Shown piece by piece: positions 49,668-62,934 of a stretch of 64,000 bases of DNA. This stretch comes from Flaccisagitta enflata (taxonomy: Eukaryota): assembly GCA_965153355.1 (NCBI GenBank), contig OZ231126.1, positions 33,108,001-33,172,000 of the forward strand, read 5' to 3'. Under the pieces are notes generated by a model. That model was not told the DNA's origin and did no database searches. It saw only the letters and a program-made list of their open reading frames with translations. Each line of letters opens with the position of its first letter. Within the stretch, counting starts at the first letter, position 1. The position numbers and the translations under genes were made by a program.

Positions 49668-50786
49668 TCCTCTGTCTCGTTTTGACTCTGTGCCAGTGTT
49701 GGGATGTTCGTAGAGTGATGCGTTTCCCCGAGTGCCGTGCCAAATCAATTTAACCCATTTACCTGAGTATAATTGATGCTCACGCTATCCGATGCTCTCC
49801 GTTGTTAATTGCAGCCAATGCGTGCGATAGATTTCCATTTTTTATGTTTTCATAGAATTTACGCATGCGTGGAGAAGAAGAAAAAGAAGAAGAAAGGAAA
49901 ATGAGAATTGAAATAGAGTCAAAGAGAGAGAGAGAGTAGAAGAGACAGACAAAGCGAGACAGACAAACAAAAAGAGGCAGGTAAACATAGAAAAAGATAG
50001 ACAGACAGATGGGAGCCCGGCGCAGAAAAACACGGTGCCTGGGGGTGAAGGAAAAATAACGAAAATAGTTGGGACGAGAAAGAGAGAATAGAAATGAGAG
50101 GGAAATTCCACGGGAAAGTTTTATGGATGAAACTTTGGGGGAATTAACGGCGTTAAGCCGTTATCTTATCTCCATAGACCTAGCTCTACCGCGTTGTTCT
50201 TTTTTGGTCGCGTGCACGCGACTCTACACCCTGTTTTGTCGGTCCGTCCGTCCGTCCGTCCATCGGTCTGTCTGTCCGTCGGCGTTTATGAGGTTTTTGG
50301 CCTTGCTGCTCCTACCCAAATATTCTACTGACCTCGAATATTGCCCCTGCCTACTCGTACGCGACTGGGGTAGCCGTGTAACCAGTCTTATTCCTTCGGT
50401 GTTATCTCTTTCAGGGTTCTTTCGCTTAAAAAAAAAGATGGCGTGCAAATGTGCTGGTAGTTCCAGGAGTTGGCCAGTTCCTTTGTCTACCGTAGCAGGG
50501 GACTAAAAAGAGATTTAGGCATGTGTGGCAACAGGTATTTTTGACGTTAAGAACTCCACGGCTTAGGTTGTCTTGCAAAATTACGCTTCCGTGTCTTGAC
50601 ATGATTGATACCAATAAACAGTACTCATGCATCTGTTTTTAGGGTACGTGATAATTTCACGCTCAGAGCCTATACTACAGACATAACACATAACACATAA
50701 CACATAACACATAACACATTTTTCGCTTGGCAAATTGGAAGGCAATCGCGTGGATGGTCTAATGGACATGGTCCTTTATCCACTTA

Positions 50787-51274
50787 CAGTGGAATCCCAC
50801 CTTAGTGGCACCTCTATTTAAGGGATATCCGCATTTAAGAGACAACATTGTCAGGTCCCAAATTTTTTTTTGCTTTTCCAATGTTTAAAAACCTCTATTT
50901 AAGGAACCTCTATTTAAGGGATATTCGGATTTAAGAGACAAATTTTTAAAAATATCCTTTTTATCAGGGGAAATTTTAGATAAATTCAATGGATTTTGAG
51001 AAAATTTTGCATTTTGAAATCATTTTGAAGATAAAATTTCCTTAAAAATGATTAAATATTTCCTATGTTTTGAATATCCTGCTATGAACTAACTTAATAA
51101 GTGCTGATAGATATACTTAAGGGAAAAAGGATATGGTTACATGGTGAATTTGGTAATCATTAGTAACTAACTACGAAAATCATTTATAAAACAATGAATT
51201 CAATTTAAGGGATTTTGGATTTAAGAGACAAAAACTGTCAGTCCCTAGAAATCCCTTAAACCGAGTCTCCACTG
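50787..51274. mobile_element. TA-flanked MITE (pogo/Tigger-like)
   Basis: TA|CAGTGGA ... TCCACTG|TA with repeated ATTTAAGG/ATTTAAGAGACA subterminal motifs. Confidence 0.7.
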
Positions 51275-51674
51275 TATGTCTATCTGGACCTGTTCGCCTC
51301 TGATCACGTCCCGCGTGACTAAGATATGAAAAAAAAAGAAGATATTGCTCAGTTTTTTTTTCCTTTGCCCTGGGATGATGGGATCCGAAATCTATACATA
51401 TATCATGTTTTTCTCTCCTTGTAATCTGATTAAGCTGCTGTTTTTCCCCATCTTATTCATCATTGATACAACCTTCTCTTATTTCAACCGTTCCATTTTT
51501 CTTTCCCTGGCATATGTTTCGCTGGGTCTTTTTTCCCTTTTAACTTTCCTTGGTCTTTTTGTTTGTTTGTCTGTCAATATGTCTGTCACATTTTTCCTCG
51601 CCTGTTTGTCTTTTTGTCCGTCCAATTCCCTCTATATTCTCTTCCTATGTAGCTATATGTCTGCGTTTCTTCGC

Positions 51675-51790
<116 letters not shown>

Positions 51791-51988
51791 TCCCTTCTCT
51801 TCCGGTTCTCGCAAGTTGGGTCCCTGTGCGCACCATAGAAAGAACCATCGCCGTGCATTATCTATAAGCTTAAGACGAAGCCAGCCAGACGATGCTGCAG
51901 CTACTCCAAAAAAAAGACGAGAAGAAGCAGAAGCAAATGCACTCACTTTTTCGTCGATATCGTCTCGTTTTTTTCTCTGTTCCCCTCG

Positions 51989-52020
<32 letters not shown>

Positions 52021-52132
52021 GTCGTCGTTGTCGTCGTCATCGTCGTCCTCTGGGTCGCCATCGTCGTCGTCGTCAATGTTGGGACCTTTCGTCCGTTCTT
52101 TCTCGACTCGTTCAACCTAGAAATTGCACCAA

Positions 52133-52171
<39 letters not shown>

Positions 52172-52303
52172 ACCCGACTTCTTCATCATCACCCTCATCA
52201 TCATTATCATACTCATCTTCTGCATGATCTTTATCATCGTCGTTACCTTCGTTGTCGTCATCGTCGTTATCGTCGTCATCGTCGCCATCGTCGTAAACTC
52301 TGC

Positions 52304-52368
<65 letters not shown>

Positions 52369-53330
52369 CTTCCCAGAGTAGAACGTCGTTAAAGAAAGAA
52401 GTGGGGGGGGGGAGAAAGATACAAAGTGGAAGTCTGAACCATGAGACATCTGCCGGGCGAAAACGACGTTGAAAGAAACCTTTTGGCAGCCATTACGTCT
52501 GCGTCTTTCCCTTCGCGCTTTTTTCTCCTTCACACTTTCACACCAGAAAATCAGTTTTTGCGTGCTACACCCTGCTTCGTCCGTCCGTCGGTTGGTCGTT
52601 CGGTTGGTCACACTTTACTTTTTTACGTTTTCGTCGTTCACGGACTGTTTTTCCATCATTGCCCCTGCCCCCTCCACATGTGACTTGGGTAGCCGTGTAT
52701 TCGTCCTTGTTTTGGCCAACCTCCCTTTCCCAGCTCCTCCTGCCCTTCTTTCAGCTGCACTCGCCCTTCTCCCATCTTTCCCGTCCTTTTCCTGACTTAA
52801 CTTTTCCTTCACACAGCTCACCCTGTCTTTCTCTCAAGTCTCAACTTACCCTGTCCTTTTCCCTGCTTACCTTGCCATTCTTCCAGTTCACTCTGTCTTT
52901 CTCCCAACTGACCCTGCCCTATTTGTGAGCCCATGTGTTACTTGATCAAATCATTCCCACCTTCTCCTCCTCCTCCTCATCCCACCTCCTCACCATCACC
53001 CCCTTCCCCGAAATGAAGTTCACCTTTTTCCCATTCTTCGTGACCCATCAAACTGTTCACTTGTTCGTGATCGTTTTTTCCCTTTTCTCTATTCCTTTCT
53101 TTACTTTTCTTTACTTTTCTTTACTTTTCTTTTCTTTTCATCTCATTTCTATTTCTCCCCCCCCCCCCTCCTTTTTTTTTACTCTCTCCATGCTTCCATT
53201 CTTCCATTTCCGAATTAATTGTCTTCTCATTTCTTTTTCTCTCTTTTTTTCGGTGAAAGGGGGGGGGGTGGGGGAGGCCAACGGCCCCATGAAGAAATCT
53301 TTTCGTTTAGGACATTTAAAGTCACTCAGG

Positions 53331-53426
<96 letters not shown>

Positions 53427-53808
53427 CATTCTCTTGATTAAGCTGTTGATATTGGAAACGTAGGATGATTGATCTGTTTGCCACATCAGCAATGTTCACT
53501 AATATGGATCACATCGCTGAAATTGAGAGTTTTGAAATAAATGGGGGTACAATTGTTTAAATCATAAACTTGTTCAACAATTGATCAAATCATGAACCTC
53601 TTCGATTTGATGTTTAAGTTACTTGAACTAAGTTTGTTCCAATTATCGAGCTATGACGATTAGGTAGGTTAGGGGTACTTCCAACCTTTTATAAATCAAT
53701 CAGATACTGGTCCTATCTTTTTCCCATTTCCTTCTTTCTGTCTCGCGGTTCAGCATCACTGCTTCTTCTTTTGGGGGGAGGGGGAGGATAAGATCCTATT
53801 TCTGGAAT

Positions 53809-54022
53809 AAAACATGGCCGAATACACGGCTAACCCAGTCGCGTGCGGGTGGGCAGGGGCCATAATTGAGGTCAGTGGAACATTTGGGCAGGAGCAATAA
53901 AGCCAAAAACCCCATTAACGCCGAAAAAGTAAAGTGTGACGGACGGACGGACCGACGGACGGACGGACAGACCGACGGACCGACAAAGCGGGGTGTAGAG
54001 TCGCGAAGCACGCGACTAAAAA
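53809..54022 (-). mobile_element. DINE/HINE-like element, family A
   Basis: Full-length match to family A; closely similar to the copy at 42781. Confidence 0.85.
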
Positions 54023-54200
54023 AAAGAAGAAAGAATGAAAGAGAAAAGACAGGGCTTTCACTCGCAATATTCTCTACCGCCCCCCTCCTTCTTCCTCTCT
54101 TATTTCATCAAATTTGAGTTACTGCCTTCCGCTTCCCTCCCTGATTTCAATATCTGCAGTAAGAGTAAAATTAATGGAAGCGATGACGTCTGTCTTTTCC

Positions 54201-55437
54201 TTTTTGGGCAGCGGCCCCGAAGGGGTCGATGACGTATGCTTTCACACATATGGGGGCTTTTCTTCTCCTTCTCCTCCTCCTTCTCCTACGTCCCCCCCTC
54301 CCCGTCAAATCCCAGTCTCGAGGCCCAAATTCCAGTCTCAAGACCCAAATCCCAGTCTTGAGGCCCAAATCCCAGCCTCAAGGCCCAAATCCTAGCCTCA
54401 AGGCCTAAACTGCCTGGAGGCCCAGATTTCAGCCGTGAAGTCTTAATCTCAACCTCAAGGTCAAAATCTCAGCCAAGAGGCCCAGATCCCGGCCCTGAAG
54501 CCCAAATCTCAGCCTCCAGGATAGGATTTAAGCCTTGAGGCTAAGATTTGGGCCTTGAGGCTGGGATTTGGGCCTTAAGGGCTATGATTGCAGGCCCCCG
54601 GAAGGGTCATTAAAATATTTAGAGCTTGTCATGTCCTTTTATGGACCTACACACTTTGATCTATAAGGAGATTTTCCCGCCTACCACTAATCTTAAGATA
54701 GAACTACCCCTGTTCTTGTAAATCAAATTTTATGATAGTCTAAATCATTTTGACTCGACAAATTCATCCAGAATAATTTGGTTTGTGTTTTGGGGGAGGT
54801 CTCAGTCCCTATCATCATGTGCCAATAGCGCCGACCTTGAAACACACGAAAAAATTGTTTATTATTTCATTTTATGACATAGTGATGAGACGGTGACCAA
54901 GCACTAGGCCACTATGATTTTCATTGACATGATGAGAAATCGCTCTCTGAATGCTGCTAAGATCATCCAATACCGAATTGGTGCTACTTTACTTTTTTTC
55001 ACACTTGATCTTTTTTTTTCCTCCATTTTTAATTTGAAACTAAAAATGAAGGAAAAATGACAAAAACGATCACATTATGCATGACGACCATGCTGACAAT
55101 TAAAATTGACAACAACGACAAGATGATGACTACGACAACATCAGCGACGACAATAATACCAACGAAAACAATAACAACAACAACTTGAGGTACATGACTG
55201 GGATTTGGGCCTTGAGACTGGAATTTGGGCCTCGAGACTGGGATTTCAGGGGGAGGGACAGAGGAGGAGGAGAGGGAGGAGGAGGAGGTGGAGGAGATAA
55301 TCCCCCATATATGTGAAAGCATAGGTCATCGACCCCTTTGGGGCCGCTGCCCTGCTCCCCCCTCAACTTCAACCACAACCAACTTCTAAGGCAGGGCACG
55401 GGTACCGCTGACCATCTAACGCTTTTGCGACTGTTGT
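54201..55437 (+). mobile_element. Family F element with long inverted arms and inverted 20-bp arrays
   Basis: TTTTTGGGCAGCGGCCCCGAAGGGGTCGATGAC..GCTTTCACACATA; reverse complement at 55308-55352; tail GCAGGGCACGGGTACCGCTGACCATCTAACGCTTTTGCGACTGTT. Confidence 0.75.
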
Positions 55438-55620
55438 ATCTCACATTGCTTTTTTTTTGGGGGGGGGGGGGAGGGCGTTTTTTCTTTCTTTACACATTCG
55501 ATGCTTTTTTAAGCTTAAAAGGCGCGCGCGCAGGCAAACAGTAAAAGTCATTCTTCATTGGGATTTGTTTGAGCCAAAGCTGGAATGAAAGATTTTTTTT
55601 TGCGCCGGTTAAGTCGTTAA

Positions 55621-56013
55621 AAAACAAGGCCAACACCTATAAGTCGCGTGCGAGACTTACAGACAAAGAATGACTTAGAATGACTTAGAATGACTTTCAA
55701 TGACTTAGAATGACCTAAAATGACCAAAATTGACTTAAAATGACTAAAAAACCAAAAAACCAAAAAACCAAAAATAACTTAAAATAACTTAAAATGACTT
55801 AAAATGACATAAAATGACTTAGACTGACTCAAAGTGACTTAGAATAACAATAAATGACTTAAAATGACTTAAAATAACTTAAGAGTTGACGTTATAGTAC
55901 AAAAAAGTAAAGTGTGACGGATGGACGGACGGATGGACCGACGGACGGATGGACGGACGGACAGACGGACGGACCGACAAAGCGGGTTGTAGAATCGCGT
56001 GCACGCGACTAAA
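55621..56013 (-). mobile_element. DINE/HINE-like element with a short (AATGACTTAA)n array
   Basis: Same ends as 12655-13739. Confidence 0.82.
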
Positions 56014-56081
56014 GACGAATCGCGGAATTTTCCATTGAGTGCAACTGTCGACGTGTCGTCTCAATTTTGGGGCTTTTAGGG

Positions 56082-58252
56082 AGATATATCGTGAGCGATT
56101 TACCCTGCGTTAATTAACGGCACATTAACGCCCCTAATTAACAAAATTGTCAATAAAAGGCAAAAAAGAACCATTAATTAACGGTAGTTTTTATGCTGTT
56201 AATTAACACCTAAAAACACCCGTTAATCAACGGTTTATAGGTTCCAGTTAATTAACCGGGTAAAAGTGCCCATTTTAACCATGTCAAAAATAAAAAGAAT
56301 CATTAAATGGATCAGTTTTTGTTGTTAATTAACAGGTACCTATAAGGGGCTAATTAACACTAAAATTTGCAGAAAATTAACTAACAAAACATTTTTTATT
56401 TTTAAGAAATTTACTGTAAATAAGTGCAAAAGTTGTTGTTTATTATCAGGTACCTATATGCTGTTAATTAACATGCTGTTTTTTGTGTTGATTAACACCA
56501 GATTTCACCTGTTAATTAACAAAAAAAAATATAGATTATTTACAAATTGTTATAAATATACAATTTGTTAGTGTTAATTAACAATCATTTTTCATTGTTG
56601 ATTAACAGGAATTTTGTGATTTAAATTAACATGATGTTTTCATATGTTAATTAATATAAAAGAATATAGATTTTCCAAAAAAGTTTTAACTATAAGATTT
56701 TTTTTGCAGATAAAGGTTTGTTACCAATAAAGGCGGCTAATCGCCGTAGGAAAAAAGTTGTAAATGCTGAGAGAAAAAACAAGAGTTGCGGACAAGTGGA
56801 AAGGGGCATCCAACCCCATCCACACCTCAACTTCAACTCCTACACACAAGCATCTATACACCTTGTTTTTCCACTTCTCCACTCGGATGGACAAATGGAC
56901 CAACAGACCGATAGATTGACTGACAGACAAAGCCTCTCATAGAGTCCGGAGTTGAAATGAGAGAGACTGTGCTGCCAGGATGCACAACTTTTACCTGGGA
57001 CATTTCAAAGTTCAATTAGACTTCAACTAACTTGATTCCTCGTTTTTGGGAAAACAGCAAAAAATGGGGAAAAATTAAAAAAGATTCAAAAAATCATAGC
57101 TCCAAAACTATCAATCGCACAGAATTCTGCTTGGCGTCATCTGAAAGAGGAGAATTAGATCTTTCTTAGCTATCAATTTCATGCATAGTCTTATTCGGGC
57201 CCAAAAACTTACCAACTTCTGCAAACCACTCATGAGAAAAGAGGAAAATCAATTTCCGCCGTAGGTCTCAAAAAGCTGAAGGTGTTCTTTGACTTTTTTC
57301 CAAATGCTGAGAAAAAAAAACAACGGACGGACGGACAAATGGACCAACAAACCGATAGATTGACTGACGGACAAAGCCTCTCATAGAGTCCGGAGTTGAA
57401 ATGAAAGAGACTGTGCTGCCAGGATGCACAATTATCACCTGGGACATTTCAAAGTTCAATTTGACTTCAACTAACTCGATTCCTCGTTTTTGGGAAAAAA
57501 ACAAAAAATAGAGAGAAATAAAAAATAGAAAATAAAAAATAAAAAGATTCAAAAAATCATAGCTCCAAAACTATCAATCGCACAGAATTCTGCTTGGCGT
57601 CATCTGAAAGAGGAGAATTAGCTCTTTTTCCTAGCTATCAATTTTATGCGTAGTCTCATTTGGGCCCAAAAACTCACCAACTTCCGCAAACCACTCATGA
57701 GAAAAGAGGAAAATCAATTTCCGCCGTAGGTCTCAAAAAGCCTAAGGTATTCTTCCACTTTTTTTCCAAATGATCAGGTTCTTATATGCTGTTAATAAAC
57801 ATGCTGTTCTTTGTGGTAATTAACACCAAAAACAGCATGTTAATTAACAGGATATATGTAACATAACAAACATAACAAACCTTCTTAATTAACATATGAA
57901 AACATCATGTTAATTTATCATACAAAATTCCTGGTAATTGATAATGAAATATGATTGTTAATTAACACAAAAAAATTGTATATTTTTAACACTTTGTTAG
58001 TAATCTATACTTTTTTTGTGTTAATTAACAGGGGAAATGTGGTGTTAATTAACATCTAAAACAGCATGTTAATTAACAGCATATAGGTACCTGATAATTA
58101 ACAACAACCTCTTGTGATTATGTTCAGTAAATTTCTCAAAAATAAAGAAATTTTTTTAGTTAATTTCCTGGTATCTATATAGTGTAAATTAATGGCGTTA
58201 AAGTACCGTTAATTACCAATTTACCATGACCTAAATTAGGGACGATATACCA
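56082..58252. mobile_element. Foldback element with long TTAATTAAC-rich inverted arms and ~10-bp TSD (Mutator-like)
   Basis: Direct repeat GCTTTTAGGG at 56072-56081 and 58253-58262; ends (A/T)G(A/G)TATATCGT; arms ~56380-56660 versus ~57880-58160 are reverse complements. Confidence 0.75.
56762..57771. repeat. Direct tandem duplication (~450-540 bp unit) inside the foldback element
   Basis: 56889-57305 is nearly identical to 57334-57771; includes a family E fragment. Confidence 0.88.
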
Positions 58253-58286
58253 GCTTTTAGGGCTTAACACCGAAATGCGCTTGAAG

Positions 58287-58495
<209 letters not shown>

Positions 58496-58790
58496 CGCGC
58501 GTGCGTGCGTTTGATACTCATCCTATGATGCATCTTATCAAAACTGTTTTAATGAACAGAAGACTCGACCTTTTCCACAGCTAAAAACAAAAAACAAAAT
58601 AAAACACAACAAGTTCTTGAAGACGGGATGAGACCAGAGAAATCATTCCCATTATATATGGCATACCACGACATCCGTCAGATGATCTGATGTTCGGCTT
58701 CTATCTACAAATAGATGAGCCATTATGAGCCTGTTATCGTTTAAGCGTGTAGGCCTTTTTTTGTATGTGTGCATGCGTGCGTGTATGGGT

Positions 58791-59017
58791 AAAAACAAGG
58801 CCGGATACACGGCTACCCCAGTCGCGTGCGGGTGGGCAGGGGCTGTTTTTGAGGTCACTTGATCATTTGGGCAGGAGCAGTGAGGCCAAAGACCGAAAAA
58901 ACCAAAAAAAAGTTAAGTGTGACGGACGGACGGATGGACGGACGGACTGACGGACGGACGGACCGACGGACGGATCAACAAAGCGGGGTGTAGAGTCGCG
59001 TAGCACGCGACTAAAAA
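58791..59017 (-). mobile_element. DINE/HINE-like element, family A
   Basis: Full-length, close to the copy at 35282. Confidence 0.85.
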
Positions 59018-59404
59018 GTGATTGATGTTATTGGCCGCAGCGTATATACAGTTACAAACCATACGGGTCTGGGCTTCTCTCATTGTTCGACCGTCAATCA
59101 ATCCTGACACTTTTTTTCTTTTCATCTCTTTGTGTCATTTCGTGCAGAGCAGATTCTCTAGGCCGTTGTGACTAAGCAGCTTCGAAAAGGGTTTTTGAGG
59201 GGGCGGTCGAATTCGATCGATAAAATCTATTTTTTCGTCCATCCGGTGGACGAAATGGTGATGCCTTTTTTCGCCTGGTCGAAACAAAAAGACAAAACGA
59301 AATGAGACAATGAGCGGCTATGATGCCATTATCAATGGTACACAATGGTGCCGATCGATTTCCCTATCTTTTTTCTCTTCCTTATCCTCTTCCTCGTCAA
59401 ATGC

Positions 59405-59610
<206 letters not shown>

Positions 59611-59734
59611 GACATTTAAAAAGATGAAACGACTGTTTGTCCGTCTGTCTGTCTGTCTGCCCTGTCTGCCCTTCTTCTTTATCTAGCATTTAATGATGTG
59701 AAATGTGAAATGAAAAGTCTCGATGAAAGTATAG

Positions 59735-59769
<35 letters not shown>

Positions 59770-59788
59770 GTCTCTGTCTCTCTCTGTC

Positions 59789-59836
<48 letters not shown>

Positions 59837-60748
59837 CGACCTCTCCTCGAAAAACTGACCATTTCGACCTAACTCGAAAATCCTGCCCAAAAACCGATTC
59901 GAAAACAAAGTCGAAACATATCGAAGCTGCTTAGTTGTGACGCATGATGCCACATAATGTGACCCACATGCCACACCTTTCACTCCCAACAGCACAACCT
60001 GCTTAATGCTCATCAACAGCTCACTCGGCCCTGGACTCACAATACAGCACCGCATATCAACCTTCCCTCATACAAATTGTGTTACCCAATTCTTTCCCTC
60101 ACACTATCTCCCCCACATCAACCCCTTCTTATTCCATTTCATATCTTCAAGATTAACTTCTTAATTTATATCAACTTTCATATTCATCATCCTGAATTAT
60201 TACCCCTGTCACTTTGACCAAACTTTAGTTGACTACTCTATTTGACCAGGATTCTTACCTTTGCTTCTCTTCCCCTCATTTGGTTATCATTTCTTCTCAT
60301 GCTTACTTATTGTTTCTTCATCTTCCCATGCCCTTGCACATTAGTTATTTATGTATTTTTATTCATTTTTTCCTTTGTACAATCTAGGCGGAAAAAATCT
60401 TTCGGCACATTTACATGCATATCTCAGGTTATAATCAACCAATCATCAAAAAATCGGTGAGAAAATTAAAGCTCTTCAAATTTGCAAGAGAATGATGCAA
60501 ACCGCATCCCTTTAGCTCTAGGCGTTCAGAAATTATCAAACATTGATTAGAATACTTCAATTTTGCTCTTTCCATTTCTGCATCATCTTCTGATGATATC
60601 AATTTACTCTTTTTTTGAATACTTCAAAATGCATTAAGCTAGACAGATGCGGTTTGCGTTGCCAGCTTGCAAATTCGAAGGGCTTCATTTTGGTCACGGA
60701 TTCTTTTATGATTTGAGGAGTCTTTTGGATGCTATTACTCTAAGTGTA

Positions 60749-60854
60749 TGGAAAGAAGAGATAAAAAAAATTCGCGAGAAAGATCATGAAAGCCTTCACT
60801 TCAGAGTACCTTGAGAAGCTCTACGAATCGCTCCCCGAACAAATGGCGGCCCTG
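60749..60854 (+). pseudogene. Relic of a Tc1-like transposase C-terminus
   Basis: 60804-60854 translates as EYLEKLYESLPEQMAAL, preceded in another frame by WKEEIKKI; resembles the Tc1-family 'L..SMP.R..AV' terminal helix. Confidence 0.45.
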
Positions 60855-60962
60855 ACTGTTTTTAGTCATTTTAGTTCATCATAAGTCATTTTTAGTCATT
60901 CTAAGTCATTCTAAGTCATTTTTAGTCATTTCAAGTCATATTAAGTAATATTGAGTCACTTA

Positions 60963-61713
60963 CACCGTCTTTGGATCGGACTGTGAAATGCAAAACGTTT
61001 ATAGCTCTTAAACTACTTGGAAAAAAATCATGAAATTTTCAGTGAATATTGTTAATATGTGACGGTTTTTGCATGTCAAAGCTCAGATCATAGGGTAGAA
61101 AAGGTAAGGGAAAAAAGATATTGAAAGAAAACTCATTTTTGATTAGGATCAATTTTTCCCCCATTTCCTTGGAAAGGAGTTGTTATTATTTGCTTGAAAT
61201 TGCTTTGCATTTCAACAAAAACTCAAGGATTTATTTTCAATGACAGATGTTAACTTATGTATTACCTAGTTGCTGCATATTCTGAGAAAAAGACAGCACC
61301 TTCCAAAACAAAAACAGGTAAAATAAGCCATTTTGCTTAAAATCTGGATGTTCTTTCAATGTTTAGTTTTCCCCTCACCTTTTCTATATTATGATCTGAG
61401 CTTTGACATGCAAAAACCGTCACATGTTACCAATATTCACTGAAAATTTCATAACTTTTTAGTCGCGTGCTACGCGACTCTACACTCCGCTTTGTCGGTC
61501 CATCGGTCCGTCGGTCCGTCGGTCTGTCACACTTTACTTTTTTTGGGGTTTTGAGATTTTTGGCTTAACTGCTCCTGCCCAAATGATCTGGTGACCTTAA
61601 TTACGGCCCCTGCCCACCCGCACGTGACTGGGGTAGCCGTGTATCCGGCCTTGTTCCTAGTAGTTTAGGAGCTATAAAGGTTTTGCATTTCACAGTCCGA
61701 TCCGAAGACGGTG
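60963..61713. mobile_element. TA-flanked MITE with ~140-bp TIRs
   Basis: TA|CACCGTCTTTGGATCGGACTGTGAAATGCAAAAC ... TTTTGCATTTCACAGTCCGATCCGAAGACGGTG|TA. Confidence 0.9.
61456..61655 (+). mobile_element. DINE/HINE-like element, family A, inserted in the right TIR of the MITE
   Basis: TTTTT AGTCGCGTGCTACGCGACTCTACAC ... GCCGTGTATCCGGCCTTG TT; the TIR resumes on both sides. Confidence 0.9.
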
Positions 61714-61939
61714 TAAGTCAATCAGGTCAATTTAGTCATCCAAGTCATTTTTCATCATCTTATGTCTTTTAAGTCATTTTAAGTCAATTAATGTCATCCT
61801 GAGTCATTTTAAGTCAATTTAAGCATTTCAAGTTATTTATGTCCCGCACGCGACTTATAGGTGTTGACCTTGTTTTTAGAAAAAAAGGCTTGGTGTCAGG
61901 CTTCATCACATGCTTTTCCTAACTTTCTCAATCCACATA

Positions 61940-62112
<173 letters not shown>

Positions 62113-62139
62113 GCACACACACAGAAGCACACACACAGA

Positions 62140-62264
<125 letters not shown>

Positions 62265-62679
62265 TCCACAAATATGCGAGAAGAGATCTATAAACGGATG
62301 TTGAATGGACTCAGCGGCGTCGTTCATCAACTAACTGTCATGGAAGTGTTTCTTTGTGAGTTCTTCCCACGACCATGTACAAGAGGTCGACTTTTATTGT
62401 TGCGTTTGCCATAACGGACAGCAAACCATGCGAGGCCGGGCACGTCTATTCAAGTCAATTTGCGAGTGCGTATCGTACACTCAGCTCATGAATAAAATCC
62501 CCTTTTTGTTGCATGCGACCAGAAACAAGGCAAAAACAACAACTGGAACGATTACGTGCATATTTGTCTAACAAGGAGAAAATGAACAATTAGAAAATAG
62601 GAATAGTTTTCGGATGTTCTTTTTTAAGTTTTACCGAATTTATTGGACATCTTAACAACAACAACAAAAACAACAACAA

Positions 62680-62799
<120 letters not shown>

Positions 62800-62807
62800 C
62801 CACAACC

Positions 62808-62856
<49 letters not shown>

Positions 62857-62894
62857 CCACAACCACAACCACAACCACAACTACAACCACAACC

Positions 62895-62934
<40 letters not shown>

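Larger units (their letters stand above)
60859..61877 (+). mobile_element. 5'-truncated DINE/HINE-like element with a (TTAAGTCATT)n array, host of a nested MITE
   Basis: Array on both sides of the insert; 3' end CGCACGCGACTTATAGGTGTTGACCTTGTTTT. Confidence 0.75.
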
